64,000 nucleotides of DNA from Amoebophrya sp. A120 (taxonomy: Eukaryota > Protista > Dinoflagellata): NCBI GenBank assembly GCA_905178155.1, contig CAJINV010000001.1, positions 14,632,142-14,696,141 on the forward strand, in the 5' to 3' direction. The notes beneath the pieces are model-generated. The model ran no database searches. It had not been told where the DNA came from and was given only the letters and a program-made list of their open reading frames with translations. This document shows, in pieces, positions 25,395 through 37,127 of this stretch. The translations under genes were made by a program, and so were the position numbers. Each line of letters opens with the position of its first letter. Position 1 is the stretch's first letter.

Positions 25395-27951
25395 TCAGCT
25401 CCTTCTGCTTGCGTGCGATTGCGGCGTCCGGAAAGAAAGGCTGTCCTCCTGCTCATTCTCGACGGCGCGGCTAGCTGCATTCCGATTTTCATCGTTGACG
25501 CCATCTTCGGACTCTGACGACCGCGGGTACCAACCATCGTAACCGTGGGCTGTCCGCCAGGCTTGTCTTTGCGCAGCGGAAGCAGCCTTTTGCTTCTTCC
25601 TCGTGGAGAAAGCCGAATGGTACGACTTCAGACTACTGTAAGATGGCCGCCCCCTGCGTCGCTCGTAGTGGTGAAGCTCCTCACTTTCGTAACCCTCATC
25701 CGATGTGTCCCCGAACGGTAAATCGTGCACCTTCCACATTTCGGCTACATCGTCCCAGTTCACGTTCCACGGCGTTCTCGGTTTCTTGTCTCGGATCCAG
25801 TTCTTCCAGTATGTTTCAAACTCTTTTCGAATGTTGCCGAACTTGTCCAGAGCCTGGACATCGTGATCGGTACCAATACTGCGGACCAGCTCGCGCAGGG
25901 GAGCAATCGTCTCCGGGAAATGGTTGCACTGGAATCCCAACTTCGTAAACTCGTCCTGAAAGAACTGCAGGTCGTCCGCAACACTCCGCAGGTCGTTCTG
26001 CAGCCGTTGTTTCACACGTCCTATCACGCAAGCAATTTCCTGGAGGAGGTCATTGGTCGTGACGCTGGACCCGAGGTGAAAAAATCGCGCGGAAATTCCA
26101 ATCTGTCGCCCTAGCACGGGAACGAAAGTAGCCCTGATTTCCGCCATGGCACTCAGGTTCTCAACTCGGAACGGGTTTGTGATGGTCTCGCAAAAATCAC
26201 GAATAAGGTTCTTGTCGTCAGCAGCTGCTCCAAAAGTGTCGCCATCCTCAAACTTCTGGTCCTGCTCCAGCTGATCGCACGTCCGCATGACATCGCGCAC
26301 CACAAGCTTCAAGATGGCTCTTGCTGTTGTGTTGAAGTTGGTCGCAAAATAATTGACCCAAGAACGTGATCGCGAAAATGCTAAATTGTCAATAAATATA
26401 AATCATATTTTGCACGTCCACGCAGCACCACAGCATTGAGTTTCCTATTCCTTTTCCTATGTTGGTGTCGTATAATCATAAACTGTTGCAGGTGCTGACG
26501 AAGAACAAAGACAAAACGCCCGGATATTTGTCAACCATAAAATGTATCGACTATTGACGCAAAATGCTTCTGAATCTGCGAGAAGACCACGACGCAGCGC
26601 CATCACAAGCAGCACACAACTCATCAACATCAATAAACGAAAGATACCCTCTGGGAATGGGTCTCGGCCACTGGACAGAGTCAGCCGGCCATCCTGACCC
26701 CGGGTCCGCCAACCAGTCACGAGCCCGAAATTTCCCCATTCGTCCTTCAAAAGGGTCTCGGTCAGCCACTCCGCGTATTCCTGCGCGTTCATTTCTGCAG
26801 CAGCGATTATCGCTTCGTAGATGCCCTCGCGCTCACCTTCTTGATGGTGCTGTGGGGCAAAAGCAGGATTAAAGCACAGGAGGTCTTTCAAAAGCTCCCG
26901 AGCGAATTGCTTTCTGTGGTGTGTGAAGCGGAAACACTTACCGCCGGTCTCAGCCTCGTGTTTTATCCACTCGGACTGCGGCAGCTCGAATACGGCACGA
27001 ACGATGTTCCAGTAGTTCTCCCAGCGCTCAAAGGGCTCGCTGTACCCCATGCAGTTCCTGGTGCGGTACATGCGCATGCTCATCGTTCTCTCGCAGTTCT
27101 GCTCTTTGGTGGTGTTCTCCAGACTCAAACGAAAGAACATATTTTCGTCGCACGGTACACATCCACCAGCAACTACATTCGGTAAGAACGCATACAGCCC
27201 GTCGTAGAGAAAGCTCCGCGCTTGTTCCAGGGTCAAGTCGTAGAGGGTCCCTGCAAGGTTTTCGTGTACGTGTCTGAGTTTGAGAGCGGCTGCATTAAAA
27301 TTCAGACTCTTGTTATCTTCGTGAAACAATATCATCTTTAAAAAAAAGGGATATGGTGCCCTTCAACAAAAAAGTTAAAGTACCATGATCACCATGACGA
27401 TCTTCGCCATAATTCACCAGAAGATTGCGGTCTATCCACTCTTCAGCGATCACACCGGCGGGGCACTGGAGTTTTTCCGGTGTCAACCCACCGCTTTCCG
27501 GCACAATCACAAAGCGGAGGGCGCAACCCTCACCAGGTGGAATGTCATCGTCTGGATCTAGGAAACCAACATCCGGATTCGACGAGCTGGATGCCTTCGA
27601 CGCACGATCGCCACCGGTCGTGTGAAACCCTTCGAATTCCATGCCCTCTTCCACCTCCACAGCCTCTTCTTCACTAGCACTTGGTGTCGCAGCAGCTCCA
27701 TCCTTTACAGCCAGCCACTTTACCCGGTGAAGCGGCGGAAGTTTCTGCGATTCATCAAAGAAGCACGAGATGAACTCCAGCGCATTGAGGTGCTTGACCC
27801 GAAAAATCCTGGTGCTGTCGATGCACTTCATCACGCTGTGCCCCGCTAAGTTGAAAATGCGAATCTTTCGCTCGTGCGTTACACAGGCGGTCGCGGGCGC
27901 ACTGCTTGTTGCAGGCAACGTCGGGCAAGCCGGCTTCTTTGGAGACGGCAT
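25395..27951 (-). CDS. Unknown three-exon protein G1 (~699 aa) with ubiquitin-like-looking N-terminal header
   Basis: Exons 27951-27384, 27250-26648 and 26323-25395 joined by phase-1 GT-AG introns give 2100 nt in frame; all three exons align with G2. Confidence 0.8.
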
Positions 27952-28411
27952 CGTTTCTCTTTCTACTACTTAGCTGCTCTGGTACTACGGTTTCCCATTT
28001 TTCCTTTTCTCAGACTGCTTGCCAAACTTCATGACGTAAACGATACATAGCGACTGCATGCTTGCGACGTTTTCTAGAGTCTCTAATCGGGTGATGAAAC
28101 ACCATGGCGCTCTTCTGCGTGCTCATCTCGTAGTTGTAATGTACTTGTATCTTCTGCGTCGACATCGAAGTGGAAATCGTATATAAAGTACTTAATTCAA
28201 TTCATCACACCAACCCACTCAGCGTTGCTCTTCCGCTCTTCTGAGCTCGAGCTCCCTCGAAGTCGACAAGCGTGCCTTGACAAAGTAGAGCTAGAGACTT
28301 AGATCTCCAGAACGCGGCGAAGTAGAGATTTCACTTCTCATCGCTGCGCGCCCCTCCCTCGATTAATTTGCCCACGGCCCACACGCCGGGAAACTTACTT
28401 GCCTTCGGGAC

Positions 28412-28850
28412 GGATCAATAAATAACCCGAGCGTAAAACGAGTAGCGTGCCTCCTTCCTAATACATAGCAACCTAGTACCGGACACACGACAAAGACAAA
28501 GTCGAAGACAAACACGCACTGGCACTCGCTCCAGTCCCAGAAGAATAAACCCGAAACGAAGATACTTCGTTCGGAGTGGTCTCTGTCTCGTCTGTTCCAA
28601 TTTTATCATCGTCCTTCAACGTCGTGCTCCAGCTCCATCAAAACGCAGGATCATGCTAGACGGGAAATGCAGACCATGAGCCGACGGCACAGGAACCGGA
28701 GCCCCCCGCGCCAAATAATTGCTGCCACGCACAACAACACTCAGCAATCTTGCCGTCGCAGCGCGCCTTCGCAACGGCAATAAATGCCGCCGGAGATGAC
28801 ACAACACGGGCCAAGCGGGACGGGCTTTGCAGGTGGCCGGCGCCAAACTA
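28412..28850. repeat. Non-coding block Y, copy 1
   Basis: Aligns with 35834-36260 (GGATCAATAAATAACC.GAGCGTAAAACGAGTAGCGTGCCTCC...), ~90% identical by eye over the first ~250 bp. Confidence 0.9.
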
Positions 28851-28964
28851 ACACCAGGAAACTCATCTTGTAGCTGTAATTGTATCTGCGACATCGAAGC
28901 TCACACGAATAGTTTGGAGAGCATGAAGAAAATCGTGCCCTGAAGCATGAAGAAAACCAAAGTT

Positions 28965-29035
28965 TCGCAAGTCACTGCGCATTCATCAGGAGCAGGCACG
29001 GCCTGGACTCCTGATGAGCGTGCAGCGGCTTGCGA
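28965..29035. repeat. Imperfect 28-bp inverted repeat with inner CAGGC/GCCTG stem
   Basis: Arms 28965-28992 and 29008-29035 match at 23/28; all 5 differences are transitions. Confidence 0.85.
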
Positions 29036-29199
29036 CCTGTAAGTAACTTTGTTTCATCGGCTCACAAAAATCTTTGACAACCACAACTATCTGCACTTAC
29101 ATAATAAATGATCAGCGCTCACCATCAATCCGCTCAGCCTCACTCTGCCGCTCTTCTAAGCTCAAGCTCCGTCCATCGAAGTCGACGAGGGTGACTACG

Positions 29200-30335
29200 A
29201 CACAAAGTCGCTCGCTACGCGCCCCTGAGCTTGTCCATCTCCGTATCATATGCAACGTTAAGAAAAGGAAACGGGTTTTGTTTTTTGTTCATATTCCGCT
29301 CGCGCTCGGCTGGACAGAAATCAGCAACGCGACTAGGTACAAACGTGGGCCGCACCCACGCGCCGGGCAGCATGGCAGGAAGGCGCGCCACCCGGGGTGG
29401 CCACAATGACGAAGGGGCCCCCGACCGCCAAAAAGTTTCTGCGGCCCTGCAAAAGCGCCTCCGTGCGATCTTCGCGCTTCGGGCCCCGGCCTAGCCAATG
29501 GCGCTACTACTGGCCGACGGCAAAGAACACAGAGCGCGCCGCCCAAAACGGGCAAGCAACGCAGGCGGCAGGCGCAACGCAACGCCCGGCAAATCGCCAG
29601 GCGCCCGCGACACGAGGCGGGAAGCGCAACAACAAGCCAACCAGTCGCCCAGCAAAGGCCCCGGCGGTCTTGCCGGAAGCCGGGGCGCGAGGGCCACCAG
29701 GCAGGCGCCGGATACGCCCCGGCATAGCGCCAAACCTACGCGGGCCCGGCAGCGCTCCACAGACAAGGGGGCCCGCTGCGGCGCGCTCTTTGTTTGCGGC
29801 GCGCGAATTATTGCCAGGCTGATGCCCGCCGCCTGTATCTCATGCCTGTCGCGCAAAGTCCTCCGAACACCTAGCAAGTCGGGCGCGCGTTTGCTAGTAG
29901 TGGCCACCAATACTCCTAGTCCTGCCCGCTCCCGCAATGCCGGCGCCTGGCGGCGCGCAGGAGCATTTGCGTTCCGCGGCGGGGCCTTCGACGAAAGTAG
30001 ACGAATCAGGTGCAGGTGGCGCCGAGAAAAATAAGTAGTCCAATGAGTTCTGTTGAAGGCGCCGCCCCTGTGGCCGTGGTCGCGGAGGTTTTGCGCGCGT
30101 CCTCTTGGTCTAGGAGCTTGCAGAGGATTACTTTCCGAGTTTTCGCGTCGGGCCGCTCGTCCCTGCCTGATCGGGAGAGGGGCCCCACGCACGGACGAAG
30201 CTGGCGATCAATTGCGGCCCTTCCTCGCCAAGATCTCCCATATTGCACGCAACCCTTATGCCAGCTCCTTCGCGAATGGTCCGGCGGGCGAAAATTGCCA
30301 TCCTGAAAGGTCGGCGGTCATCTTGCGCTAAGTTC
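29200..30335 (-). pseudogene. GC-rich decayed gene Z, copy 1
   Basis: 30200-30335 aligns with 36830-36975; one minus-strand frame gives FQDGNFRPPDHSRRSWHKGCVQYGRSWRG vs FHERNFRPPNRQCGSWREARTQSGRSWRN, followed later by DQED vs DDED. Confidence 0.5.
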
Positions 30336-30427
30336 ACCTCAATGTGAATGCCGGGGAATATCAGTCTATGTATCTATGTGTTGACGAGTATTTGAATTTG
30401 ACAAAACGAACAACACGTCGGTCGCAG

Positions 30428-30900
30428 CACAGGCCCGAAGGTATTTCGGTTTTTGGGCCTGTTCTTCTTCGCATTTGTTCGCCTCAAGCAACTTTCCCCC
30501 CCGACCTGAATCTTCACTCTTTTGAGCAAAAGACCTACAACTTGCTTGCTGGCGGTTGGCATAGGCCCGCCGGTATTTCGGTTTTTGGGTCATTTTTTTG
30601 TCGCAATTTGATACCTTGCTCAAGTTCTTCCCCCGCTCTGAATCTGCATGCTTCCGACAGAATCCTTCAGAAGTTATGTTCCGCCGGCCTGCACAGGCCC
30701 GACGGTATTTCGGTTTTTGGCCCTTTTCTTCTTCGCATTTGTTCGCCTCAAGAAACTTTCCCCCCCGACCTGAATCTTCACTCTTTTGAGCGAAAGACTC
30801 ACAAGTTGCTTGCTGGCGGTCTGCACAGGCCCCACGGTATTTCGGTTTTTGGGTCCTTTTTGTGTCGCAATTTTTTCCCTTGCATGCTCAAGCTCTTCCC
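30428..30900. repeat. 132-bp tandem repeat, ~3.6 units in A-B-A-B (264-bp) higher-order arrangement
   Basis: CA(C/T)AGGCCC...GGTATTTCGGTTTTTGG units start at 30428, 30560, 30692 and 30824; units 1 and 3, and 2 and 4, are the closer pairs. Confidence 0.9.
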
Positions 30901-32143
30901 TGGGCCTGGTATTTCGCTTGTTGAATTCTTGTCCACCGTACCACGTAGTTTTCTTTTCGCTCACAATTCCCACGGATCCAGAGCCGATGCACAGCAGAAG
31001 GGAATTTTGTTCTCTCAACATAATCACTATGGTAGATCTCTATCTCCTGCCTTTCCTGATCACGCGTACGAGCACCACGCTCAAAAGCAGAACCGTTCTC
31101 ACAGTGTTTCAAAACCTTTTGTAGACGCTGTAATGATTGAGTACTTACTACTACTATCATGACAAGAGAGCTCTTCCCAGCAACTTTTTTGCCCTGGCCC
31201 TCTGCGGAACAACAAAGGTGTTGCCAAGTTTCATCGGCCTGCTTTTTTTCATGCGCTTCAACACCGAACCGTACACCACATTCATACATTTTTCACTCTT
31301 GTCGGTCGGCAACATACTTCTCAGAAGCAGAACACGATAGAGCCACAACGACACTCCAACCCAAGCAGACGCCATACATACATTACAAGATGCGTCGATT
31401 CATCTGGTGTTACTAGCGCATTTTTTTTTGTTTCACGTGTTATTTCAATTCACATATATTGACTGGAGGCGCTCGTCCGTATTGTTATTCTGTTCGATTT
31501 TGGAGCCCGTTCGACTTTGGTACTGGGGTCGGTTTCTCAGTTGATAGATTAGTATCTATTGTGCGATGACATCTCCGCGTTGTTCGATGTTCCGTGGCGA
31601 AGCAACACCTCTCTGGTTCTACATTATACAAAAACCTACTGGCATAAAGGGTTATACTTTTTATCTCAAGGCCAAACAGTCCGGATCCCAGGGATACATT
31701 ATAAATCCAGAACCAACGGCGCTGACACTCTCATATCAATTTTCTTAGTTACAAGTTTGTTAAAGTTGACGAGCGAAACGGAAACAACAATCACTGACAG
31801 CGAATTCTTGCTCGGCGTGGCGATACTCGACACAAAGGTTTGCTTTCGAAAGAATAAACGGTCGAGCTAGCATACCAATGTTAATACTCGTTCTTGCGTC
31901 ACTGCACCTGAGGCCCACCCAGCTGAGTGACACGTAGATCTTCTCCGAGCCACCTGCGCCTATCTATCTCTTATGCCTGTAGGAGGTAGGCGCATACTTT
32001 GTGGCAGATAAGCAACAACTCAAATACAGCTATCGTTCTCAATTTCCAGCAGAAGTTGTTCTAGTTGTAAGTACTGCGTCTACCAAGTAATTAGAAGTTT
32101 GACGTATGAGACTCATGCACAGCGTTCTTCTTCACGGCTGCGC

Positions 32144-34782
32144 TCATCTCCCCTCCTGCGAATCAGGTGTCCGGAACAGGGCATCGGATGGCTCCTGACT
32201 ATCACGTCTGGTAGCACGGTGGAGGTCGGGCTTCGGTTTCTTCCTCCCGTGCACCCACTCGTAGCGCTCGCTGCTCATGGAAAGCCGCTTTCTCGGCGAG
32301 TTGCTTTTACTGCGCTCCGACTTGGCCGAGGCATAGGACTTCAACGAGCTGCGGTTGGAACTCGGCTGGATAAACCTGCCGTCCGGGCCGATAAATTGCT
32401 CCGCGTCCTTTTCGGGTGTGTCGCCGTCCGCCAAGTCGTGCACCTTCCACATCTCCTTGATGTCGGACAGGTTCAGTTCCCAGGCCATTCTCGGACGCTT
32501 CGAGCTGATCCACTTCTTCAGCTCATCTTCAAAATCCTGACGAATGCAGAGTTCGTCTAGCGCGTCGACGTCGTGATCCAAGCCGATGCGTTTCGCCAAG
32601 TTTCGGAGAGAATCGATGGTTTCTGCGAACAAGGCAGTGCAATCGAAATCGCGCTTCACAAATTCGTCCCGAAAAAGCTGGAGATCGTCCGCAATATGAC
32701 GAAAATCGCGCTGCAGTCGTGTTTTTATTCCCCGGATGATGCGGGCCACCTCTTGCAGAACGTCCTTGGTTTCGTTCGTCGTGCCGCGAATGAGAAAACC
32801 GTCGATCAGCCCAAACTCCTCCGTGACCCTTGGCTGCACAAAACGCGTTTTGAGTTGCAGTGTGGTTGCCATGTCCTTCACACGGAAAAGTTTGTGCGTA
32901 ATGGTGTCGCAGAAGTTGTGGAGCGCGCTGTCACCAGCTGCAGCTCCCCCTTGTTCCGCGTTTTCGTTCAGTACATCCCGCTTCCGCAGAATGTCCGCGA
33001 CGATCACCTTGACATGACCTGTGGTGAGCGTTGTGTATGTCGTGTTGGCAGTCATTGATATTACTATTAGATTGCGTCGATTTGAATTTTTTGATTCTTT
33101 TATTTGTATGTTGTTCTTGTTACTATTCCACTACAATAATTCTTGAGGTCCAAGTTGTGCCCCGTGGTGTCATCAGTAGCAGTAACACTCACAGACACGA
33201 CACTTAAGAAAATTGGCGCTCACAAGAGCCACGTGTTTGATTTTACAACATCAGTTAAATTGGCGTGAGGCTACAAAGAGGAAAAGCAAGAACCCTCTAT
33301 ACTAGGTAGTCACTTGCTACTTACCTTTGTGGTGCGGCATGAGGGTATCTCGCGGAAGATCGAATCCTTCCTTCCATACACTAAAAAGTCCGAAGCACCC
33401 AACCGGCTCATCCTCGAGAAAAACGCGGCTTTTCACCCAGGCGCCGTATTCTGGAATGGTCAGATTTGCCGCTTCCACGACAGCGACGCACATGCGGTCG
33501 TCCTGCTCCACGCTTGGAACGCGTTGCTCGGTGTCTCCCGGGAGCGCCATGTCGAATAAATCCGGCTTGAAGTACATGAGGTCGTCAAACAGCTCCCTGG
33601 CGAAGGGTTCGCGATGGCGGTGAATACTGAAGCACGTGCCCCCGCTTTCGCGTTCGTACTTGAGCCACTCCGATGCAGGTAGTTCCCAAACGGCGTGAAT
33701 CAGGCTCCAGAAGCAATCCCAGCGCTCTACGGGTTCGCCGTAACCAAACACGTCCAAACAATACTTCTTTCCCGTCCGGCGCAAAGTAGAACCCTGAGAA
33801 AGCAGCGAGTCCCGCTTGTCTCCTTGCGAAGGATTACTATCACAGGGCACACATAGTCCCTTGATCTCGTCGGGCAGCGCGATGAAGACACCGTCGTACA
33901 ACAAACTCCGTGATTGCTGGAGTGTCAGAGATCGCAAGGGCAAGGATTCACCGTTACCACCTGCAAATGCAACACATATATTTTTCTTTAATAAAGTGAT
34001 AGTATCACTTTCAATTTTTTGGTGGCGGAGATGGTACACAACAAAACCTCTGGTCGACGTATGCTATGGGTCTACATCTGTGTCGTCTGACCAGACAAGA
34101 ACTCATATTTTAATTACTTATCACCCTCCCCCTCGTCTTCGTGGCCGCAAAATAAAGGGTCAGGGTGTACATATTCATCGAAAAACAATTGCAATTTATG
34201 AAAACAAAGACGAAGTCATAATCTATGATCAAAAAACATAAGGAGCAACAAAACCAAAGCGGTTGCAGTATGTTGGCGAGCATCAAAGTCCATGTCCACA
34301 TGATCGAAAAACGCTCTCTCATCAGTACCTCGTCCTTCTCCTTGTGTCTCGGTCTCGCCGCCGTAGTACCTCGGGCGCCCAAAAACTAGGCGGCACAGAT
34401 ACTTGTAGTAGTTCTCGTTGGGTCGACGCTGCACATCCTCATGCGTTATCCCACCGACTTCCGCGGTAATTACAAACTGAAACACAAAACGATCAACATC
34501 AGGAATTTCACTCTCCGGCTCGAGAAAAGCTGGCTCGTCATCGCTCAATGCGGCTGCATCGTCGACCACCAGCCATTTGACCCTGTGCAGTGGCGGAAGC
34601 TTTTGACTGCTGTCAAAAAAATCTCCGATGATCCCCAGCGTCGACAGGTGTTGGACCTTGCGCACCTTCGTCGTGTCGATACGTTTTTCAATACGCAGCG
34701 CGGACAGGTTTTGCACTTTGATTGTGCGCATTGTCTGTGCGAATTCATCGACCTGCCGTCGTGCGGCTCCTGGGCTCGACAT
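32144..34782 (-). CDS. Unknown three-exon protein G2 (~654 aa), paralog of G1
   Basis: Exons 34782-34329, 33960-33325 and 33018-32144 joined by phase-1 GT-AG introns (G|GTACTG...TTGCAG|; G|GTAAGT...CACAG|) give 1965 nt in frame. Motifs shared with G1: FFD.SQKLPPLHRVKWL, LTL.Q.RS.LYDG, ERW..YW/FW, ADDLQ.F.DEF, EMWKVHDL. Confidence 0.8.
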
Positions 34783-34932
34783 TTGAACTCTATGTATCTA
34801 TATATTTGATGACGTTGTACTTGGAGTCTCAATCTTCCAAGATGAAGTTGACGTAGATCCTCGACCTCGTCTGACGCTACATGAATAAAAACTGTGCCCT
34901 TCTACTTCTGAGTGTGAAAAGCGCCCGAAGCG

Positions 34933-35289
34933 GAACGCCGTGATGTGGAGACAATTTCCATACTAGTCGCCTTTTTGCGCACGATTCCGACGAAGTCGAT
35001 GCACGACTACATGCGGAAAACTCACTCATCTCTCCTTCTTGTCGTTATGATAGAAGATCTCGATCAGACTATCTCTTGACTCTCCTGATCGCAAGTACGA
35101 GTAGCAGCCTCGAAAGAAGTACGCCCTTTTCCACTGTGTTTCAAAGTGGGGAGGTCGAAGCACGGCATTTGATTCCAGCTCTCAATGTGATCTCACAAGT
35201 GGTGCTAAACCTAAAGATACTTGCACCTTACAAGCACAACATTGACATTCTATACCAAGAAAAAGAATTAGAGTTTTCTGTTCTATACC
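34933..35289. repeat. Non-coding block X, copy 2 (immediately 5' of G2)
   Basis: Aligns with 24099-24460; homology stops at the hAT-like end at 35290. Confidence 0.9.
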
Positions 35290-35480
35290 TAGAGCGGGGT
35301 CACAAACTCATTCGTTAACTCCCCACCGGAGTTACGGACCAACCGACCGGGTGGTCCCGAACTCCGGTGCCCCAAATGTTGCTTTACGTATTTGGCGAGC
35401 CCCAGAACCGGGAACAACCCGGAATAAAGTGTTATCGCCAGAACCGGGGACAGCGCGGTCATCACTGCTACCAGCACCTC
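35290..35480 (+). mobile_element. Putative DNA-transposon (hAT-like) terminus and subterminal repeats
   Basis: TAGAGCGGGGTCACAAA terminus shared with 5361-5377; repeated CCAGAACCGGG motifs at ~35402 and ~35438; truncates block X. Confidence 0.4.
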
Positions 35481-35833
35481 ATCAATCAATGAGTGAATGA
35501 AAAACTACATAATTGGGTGAGCCGGTCATATCCGTGCGATGACGAGGGAAAACAGAAAAACTGCGTCCCTTTGCACTTTAGCAGATCGAGACCACTTCAG
35601 AGACACAGAGAGACACATCGACGTTATTTGAGGCAAGAGAAGATCAACACAACCATGGGCCTCTTGGATCTTCGCAAATCAAATCTGGGATCGATTTTCG
35701 CAGCATAATCGCAACCGGACGACATAGTAAAAAATGCAAACGAAATCAATCTTCGCGACGAAGATAAAGATCGAGGGCTATCACGACGGCACCAGATCTT
35801 TATCTTTATCTTTTGTTAGTGTGGGTGTTTTCG

Positions 35834-36260
35834 GGATCAATAAATAACCAGAGCGTAAAACGAGTAGCGTGCCTCCTTTCATAGCAACCTAGTAGCGGAC
35901 ACACGACAGTGAAAAAGTCGAAGACAAACACGCACTGGCTCTGGCACTCGCTCCAGTCCAAGAAAAATAAACTCGAAACTAAGCTACTTCGTTCGGAGTC
36001 TCGGTCTCGTCTGTTCCAGTTTTATCATCGTGTTCCAGCTCCATCAAAACGCAGGATCATGCTAGAGGGGAAAAGCAGACCATGTTGAGCCGACGGCACC
36101 GGCGCCGGAGCCCCCGCGCGCCAAATCGCTGCCACGCGCAGCATCAATCAACAGTCTTGTCTTCGACGCGGCGCGCCGTCGCAACGGCAATAAATGCCGC
36201 CGGGAACGACACGACACGACCCAAGCGGGAGGGGCTTTGCAGGCGGCCGGCGCGAAGCAC
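35834..36260. repeat. Non-coding block Y, copy 2
   Basis: Aligns with 28412-28850. Confidence 0.9.
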
Positions 36261-36299
36261 CAGATAGCGAAAGCCCGGAAGGCGCCCCGCGCGCCGTGC

Positions 36300-36975
36300 A
36301 ACGCCAGTTGCCTTGCGGCGGCCGCCTCCGCCTCAGCAGGACAAGGCGAGGCGCGACATCGAGCGGCGGCCGCGCCCTCAAATAGGTGGCGCGAGATTTA
36401 TGCCCCAAGGCCCGCAGACGCTCCGCAGTCAGAAGATCCGGGCGGTCGCCGTTTCCTTGTATTTCTTCCATGTCATCATTGAGCCACTGCTACTGTTGCC
36501 TTAGGTCGTTTGCGCAACAGGCGATGGCAGGCTTTCGCGTCGAAATGGAAATCCTCCGTCTCGTCGGTATTTTCCTCGCTGCTCAGCGTCAGCATGTCGA
36601 GGAAGTCACTGCTGAGAGGGACAGCCTGTGATTTGTTTGGCAGTAGCCAGCACATCTTCATCATCTACACGACGAGCGACACGCGCCGGGATGTCGCGCC
36701 TGTTCCTGCTGATCGTCTTTGACTTGGACGCACTTGCCGGCCCCGGCCCGGTCCGGATCCTCCTTGGACGCAAGGCGGATCCTGCACCTTGCCGGCCCCG
36801 GCCCGGTTGCGCGGGCTTGCCTGGCCTGAACCTGATTGGTGGCCGCGCTGCGATATTTCGCCAGGATCTTCCCGATTGTGTGCGAGCCTCGCGCCAGCTC
36901 CCACACTGACGGTTCGGCGGCCGGAAGTTGCGCTCGTGAAAGGCCGACGGATGCCCATCTTGCGCTAACCTCGGT
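36300..36975 (-). pseudogene. GC-rich decayed gene Z, copy 2
   Basis: Homologous to the 30000-30335 part of copy 1 at DNA and residual protein level; same position relative to block Y. Confidence 0.5.
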
Positions 36976-37072
36976 TCAAAACGAGACTTCAAGCCGGCCT
37001 CCTTGTTTAAACCACTTCATAATATGGTTGGAGTATTTAATTAAGTGAAAATACCCGGCTGTGACCGCCTAT

Positions 37073-37127
37073 ACGCTCACTCACGCGTAACGTCATAGGC
37101 CCTATGACGTTACGCGTGAGTGAGCGT
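37073..37127. repeat. Perfect 27-bp inverted repeat with 1-nt loop
   Basis: ACGCTCACTCACGCGTAACGTCATAGG-C-CCTATGACGTTACGCGTGAGTGAGCGT. Confidence 0.95.

Noticed and set aside
27313-27350. Programmed frameshift at the T-run linking ORFs 27313-27951 and 26457-27335
   Set aside because: A phase-1 GT-AG intron (27251-27383) at the position equivalent to the G2 intron explains the join.
29880-29945. Helicase motif V-like GVLVATT in decayed gene Z
   Set aside because: Too short, with no other helicase motifs nearby.
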